DNA of 64,000 nucleotides from the NCBI GenBank assembly GCA_973895155.1, contig OZ316899.1, positions 9,112,287 to 9,176,286 of the forward strand, written 5' to 3'. The stretch is from Marsupella aquatica. Taxonomy: Eukaryota; Plantae; Marchantiophyta. Shown here in pieces: positions 59,901 to 64,000 of the stretch (position 1 is its first letter; each line of letters opens with the position of its first letter). The notes beneath the pieces were generated by a model. The model did not search any database and was not told the origin of the DNA. It was given only the letters and a program-made list of their open reading frames with translations. The position numbers and the translations under genes are program-made.

Positions 59901-61662
59901 CCAGCTTCAAGGCCGACCTCCGTGAGAAAGATGACCAGCTTGACCAAACTTATGCCAAGATGAATAAAATGGAGTCTGAGGTCGTTATGGAACTCGACAA
60001 GGAGCTGAGAGCAACCCAGGAGGAGAGGGCTACCTTAAAGAAAGAGTTGGAGGAAGCCCAGAAAGAGTTGGAGGAAGCCCAGAAGGAGTTGAAGGAGGCA
60101 AGGAAGGACCTAGATGAATTGCAGGAGGAGTTGGAGGAAAGCATGCGGAAGATGGAGAACTTACAGCGGCGGGCCGACAACCAAACGGAGCGGCTGAAGA
60201 AACAGGCCGCAGTATTTAAGTGCTTAGCTTCATCTATTCCAACTCCAATTGTGGGAACCCCATTACCAGGAGTGGTACTGGCAGAAGGACAAGCCGAGAC
60301 ACACGCCCTGGTGCCAGAGGTAAGTGGCAAAGGAAAGGGACCAGCTGCCAAAATAGGGAAGAAGAAGAAGCAGAAACCTTCTGGGTCTGGGAGTTATACG
60401 GCTCCTCCAGTCGTTGTGACCAAGGAGGTAAACCCGGCACCAACCTCCGGCATGGTCACGACAATGGATCCACTTGTCAAGGAAGGTGGGGATGGCAAGG
60501 CCAAGGCCGGGACAACTATTGATGAGGCCGTGGTAGCAAACCCACCACTAGAGCTAGCCGAGGAAACCATAGCCGGGGAGGCCGTGGCCGATACTGATGC
60601 CGAAGCCGATGGTGGACCCAGTTAGGCCGATGAAGAGTTGACTTGGTCCGGGGCAAGTAATCTGTCAGAGGAAGGACCAACGGCAGTGGCTACGGGGGAA
60701 GCGTTGGGGGCGTCCATTGAGGATCCACCACCGGTGTTGTGATGGTGCAAGGGCGCCGTTCCTTTTAGGAAGGGCGGATGTGGAGGTAGGAGGCGTGAGT
60801 GGGTAGGGCGGGCTCGGATCTCCAAGTTTAGGCTGAGGATTAGGACCAGGAGACGGTCTTGACACTTAGATTAGTGGGATTGCGGATCCACTGGTAGGAG
60901 CAACACTTGTGCTCCTGCCTCACTGTACTTAGGTAGATTACAGTTAGGTAGATTACAGGTAGGATAGATTAAGCTTACGCTGCTAAGAATTGGCAGATCC
61001 ACTTCCAGGATAAGTACCTGGGCAACGAGGAGTCCAGGGCCTCTTTCTTAGCAAGTTTTTAGTTGCACCAGCAGGGCTGGGATCAAGTAGTAAGAGAAGC
61101 TCTCGGTTAGTTATACAATGACCCTTGTGTATATTCATGTTTCCTCATGCCTAAGAGTTGAATAGAGTTGGCCTCACGGCTTAGTTCGCAGAACTTATGT
61201 ATGAGATGTGCTGTTTGTATGGCAAGTGCATGGTATAACTCAATCAAAAGGAGTCATTTTGCTATTTGTGTGTTGCATTAACTTGTGTGAAGAGTGCCCA
61301 CATCAACTAATAGATGAAGGGAAGTAAGCAAGGGAGTGAGAGTTGGATGTGTCAAGCTGAGAGAGGTCTTAGCGGCTTAACCAAGCCAATTGGGGATCAT
61401 TCCGGCGGCGGAATCCAAATATACCTAAAGAAAAGGAGGGGAATACAAGGGAAGGCCTAGATTAGGCCGGCTACGTATCTCATGACCCGATGAAGGATCT
61501 GTCCAGTATATGTGTGTAAAATGTTAATAGTAGTAGTAGAAGGAAGTTAGCAGCGTCCCATGCCGCTAAGCCGCGGAAACGGCCTCGCCGAGGGTGAAAC
61601 CTGCGGGAATCGGCCTGCGCAGGTGGGTTTCTTGGGTTTGGGGAGCCATGGGACGCACCACA
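56953..61662 (+). mobile_element. Giant ORF-bearing solo LTR, family B copy 2 (4710 bp)
   Basis: TGTGATGCC...CACCACA ends and TSD GACTT (56948-56952 and 61663-61667). Inserted in the CACTA transposase. ORF chain 57068-60742. Confidence 0.93.
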
Positions 61663-61667
61663 GACTT

Positions 61668-63950
61668 CATGGTTGATTGGTTTGGTGCTGATGTTGGGGA
61701 TGGTGTCCCTGACATTAGTGTTGAAGGAGCTGCCCCCCAAAATGACCCACGACCACAACATACTCTAGAGGGACAACAACAATGGAAGGAGGCTGAGGAA
61801 CATGCCCGGACACCTATCTTTGAGGGTGCTCGGTTGAGTCGTTTGTCAGCCATATTGGGGTTGTTGAACATTCAGGCTAAACATAAGGCAAGCAATTCTA
61901 TGTTATCAGACATATTTGAATATTGTCATGACCTGATGTTACCTAGTGAGAATGTGTTGCCAAGAACCTGGAAGGATGCAAAGAAGATTCTCTCATCCAT
62001 TGGCATGGATTACCATATCATTCATGCGTGTGTGAATGATTGCATGTTATTTCATGGGGACAAAGCCCATGTCACAATATGCACCGTGTGTCATGAGCCA
62101 CGGTATGAGCCAAACATGCTAACCCAGAAGGTGCCAAGGAAAGCTGTTTGTTGGTTCTCCATTATTCCTCCCTTGTTGCACATGTATAGATGTTTTGACT
62201 TGGCCGAGTTGATGGTATGGCACAAGAAGCATTGTTCAGAGCCTGGTGTGATGCGATTACCAGTTGACTCTCCTGCTCATAAACATGTAGAGTCAACATG
62301 GCCAGATTTTGAGCGTGACCCTCGGCATGTGCGATTGGGGTTGGCTTCAGATGGGGTTAGCCCTCATTCACTTGGGGGGAAGGGGAGGCCTACATTGGTT
62401 TGGCCAGTGGTTCTCATGAATTACAACCTTCCACCATGGTTGTCCATGAAAAAGGGCTTTTTGTTGTTATCTTTGATTATCCCAGGGCCAAAGAAGGTGA
62501 AGAACATGGACACCTACATGGCATTACTGGTTCAGGAACTCCAAAATTTATGGGAGGGAGTATAGGCATATGATGGTCGAAAGATTAAAGAGGGTTTATC
62601 ATGGGTTTTCAAACTGAAAGGAATTTGTATGTGGACCATGCATGACTATCCAGGTAAGAACTGTTACACTATAGTACTTACTTATTTAATTTCCATCATA
62701 TGAGGATGCATGGTATTATTTTCTTTTCTTTGTCAATCATAACACAATCATTTGCTGATGTTTTTTTGGCAGGCTTTGGTTTTGTCAGTGGGTTGCAAAC
62801 CCAAGGCTACAAAGCTTGCTCCACTTATGGCCCAGGCCTTGGTGATATAGCCAAGTACTCATCGCACCTTCACAAGATTATTTATCTTGGGCATACAAAA
62901 TTTCTCCCAATGGGACATGCAATGAGGTTTGATCCACTTCTATTTTCCTCCATTGATATGCCTCTTGGTGATGAGCGTGAAGTACCTGAGCCAACAACTT
63001 TTGCACACTGGAAAGACTTGGCTGATAGAGTGGCTGACCCTGAGGATCCCATGCAGTTTGAGGGTAGTGGGTTGACAAGGTGGAGTATTCTAACCACTTT
63101 GCCCTATTGGGGAGAATTGAAGATCCGCCATCTATTAGATCCCATGCACATTGAGGGGAATGTGGGAAAGGCATTGATAAAAGCTTTCTATGGAGAGAAG
63201 GACACTAACTTCAGGGAGGCTTGTGAAGATCTTGAGATGCATCCAGATGTGTGGGTGACAACTGATCCAGTCACAGGGATGGAACATCGACCATCAGCTC
63301 CATGGGTGCTTCCTGTTGGACAACGAAGGGAGTTTCAAAACCGCATAGGAGACATGAGGTTTCCAACCGGTTATAGAGCCAATCTTCGAAAGGCTTTTGG
63401 GATGGAGGACAATCATAAGTGGCCACGATATTTGAAGACACATGACTACCACCGACTATTGCAACATATATTGCCCGTGGCAATAATAGGTTTGGCAAGT
63501 GAAGAAGTGCAAGATGCCCTTTGGTCATTGGGAAAACTGTTGAGATGGATATGCTCAAAGGAGATTTATAGTGAGGAGATCCCAGGGATGAAGGTATTGG
63601 CTGCAGAGGTGGTACTGTGCAAGTTGGAGAAGGCCCTCCCTCCTTCCTTTTTTGATTATCAAGTGCATTTACTTGTTCACCTTGTTCATGAGGTTGCCAT
63701 TGCGGGTCCTGTGCATTGTCGGTGGATGTATTGGTTGAAACGGTACATGGCAGTTTTAAAGGGATATGTACAAAACCGTGCAAGAGTTGAGGGAAGCATG
63801 GCTACAGGATATTTGGCAGCAGAAAGTATGTTTTATTGCAGCAACATATTAGCCACAATAGATTGTACCTCTCCCCGTACTTGGAAGGAGGAGAGGGAGG
63901 ATGAGGTGGATTGTTTGACAGAGGCCACCAAAACCCGCATGTCCAAATAA
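61668..63950 (+). pseudogene. CACTA transposase (Transposase_21/Tnp2 plus DUF4218-like), disrupted
   Basis: VRLGLASDG, WPVVLMNYNLPPW, SLIIPGP, LDPMHIEGNV, LKTHDYH and GPVHCRWMY, with an intron at about 62654-62772. Confidence 0.93.
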
Positions 63951-64000
63951 CAACAGGCAACCGTGTTATTGGAACATTGAAGGGTGATTTGAATATTCCG

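Larger units (their letters stand above)
50930..64000 (+). mobile_element. CACTA (EnSpm) DNA transposon, right end outside the window
   Basis: CACTACAACAC starts exactly where RNase H breaks. Dense TTGCGA/TCGCAA subterminal repeats at 50950-51430, and a Tnp2-type transposase downstream. Confidence 0.9.

Overview
A eukaryotic, gene-free and deeply nested transposon region. The element families and GT-AG introns suggest a non-seed land plant such as a bryophyte, lycophyte or fern, but the species cannot be identified from this sequence. No cellular gene, RNA gene or CRISPR array is supported. Main contents: (1) a decayed chromovirus-like Ty3/Gypsy RT-RNaseH (63-8360) split by nested LTRs; (2) several 2.5-4.7 kb solo LTRs with TG..CA ends and 5-bp target-site duplications (TSDs), of which two families carry a long ORF inside the LTR and all share one conserved hairpin motif; (3) a 9.7-kb Ty3/Gypsy-like element (17184-26876) with a C5 DNA-methyltransferase domain between protease and RT, a PHD finger on the integrase, and split direct repeats (b-internal-a-GC-b-a) in place of normal LTRs, a layout consistent with integration of a 2-LTR circle cut at an internal att site; (4) a fungal/Chara-type Gypsy element with 4-bp TSDs; (5) a probable MULE-like DNA transposon with a divergently oriented N6/N4-methyltransferase-like gene and dispersed TAGCGCCWGGCGCTA palindromes; (6) an Athila/Tat-related element truncated by (7) a CACTA element that carries a SET-domain exon inside its transposase gene. 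Coordinates were read by eye and family names come from motif recognition, not database searches.
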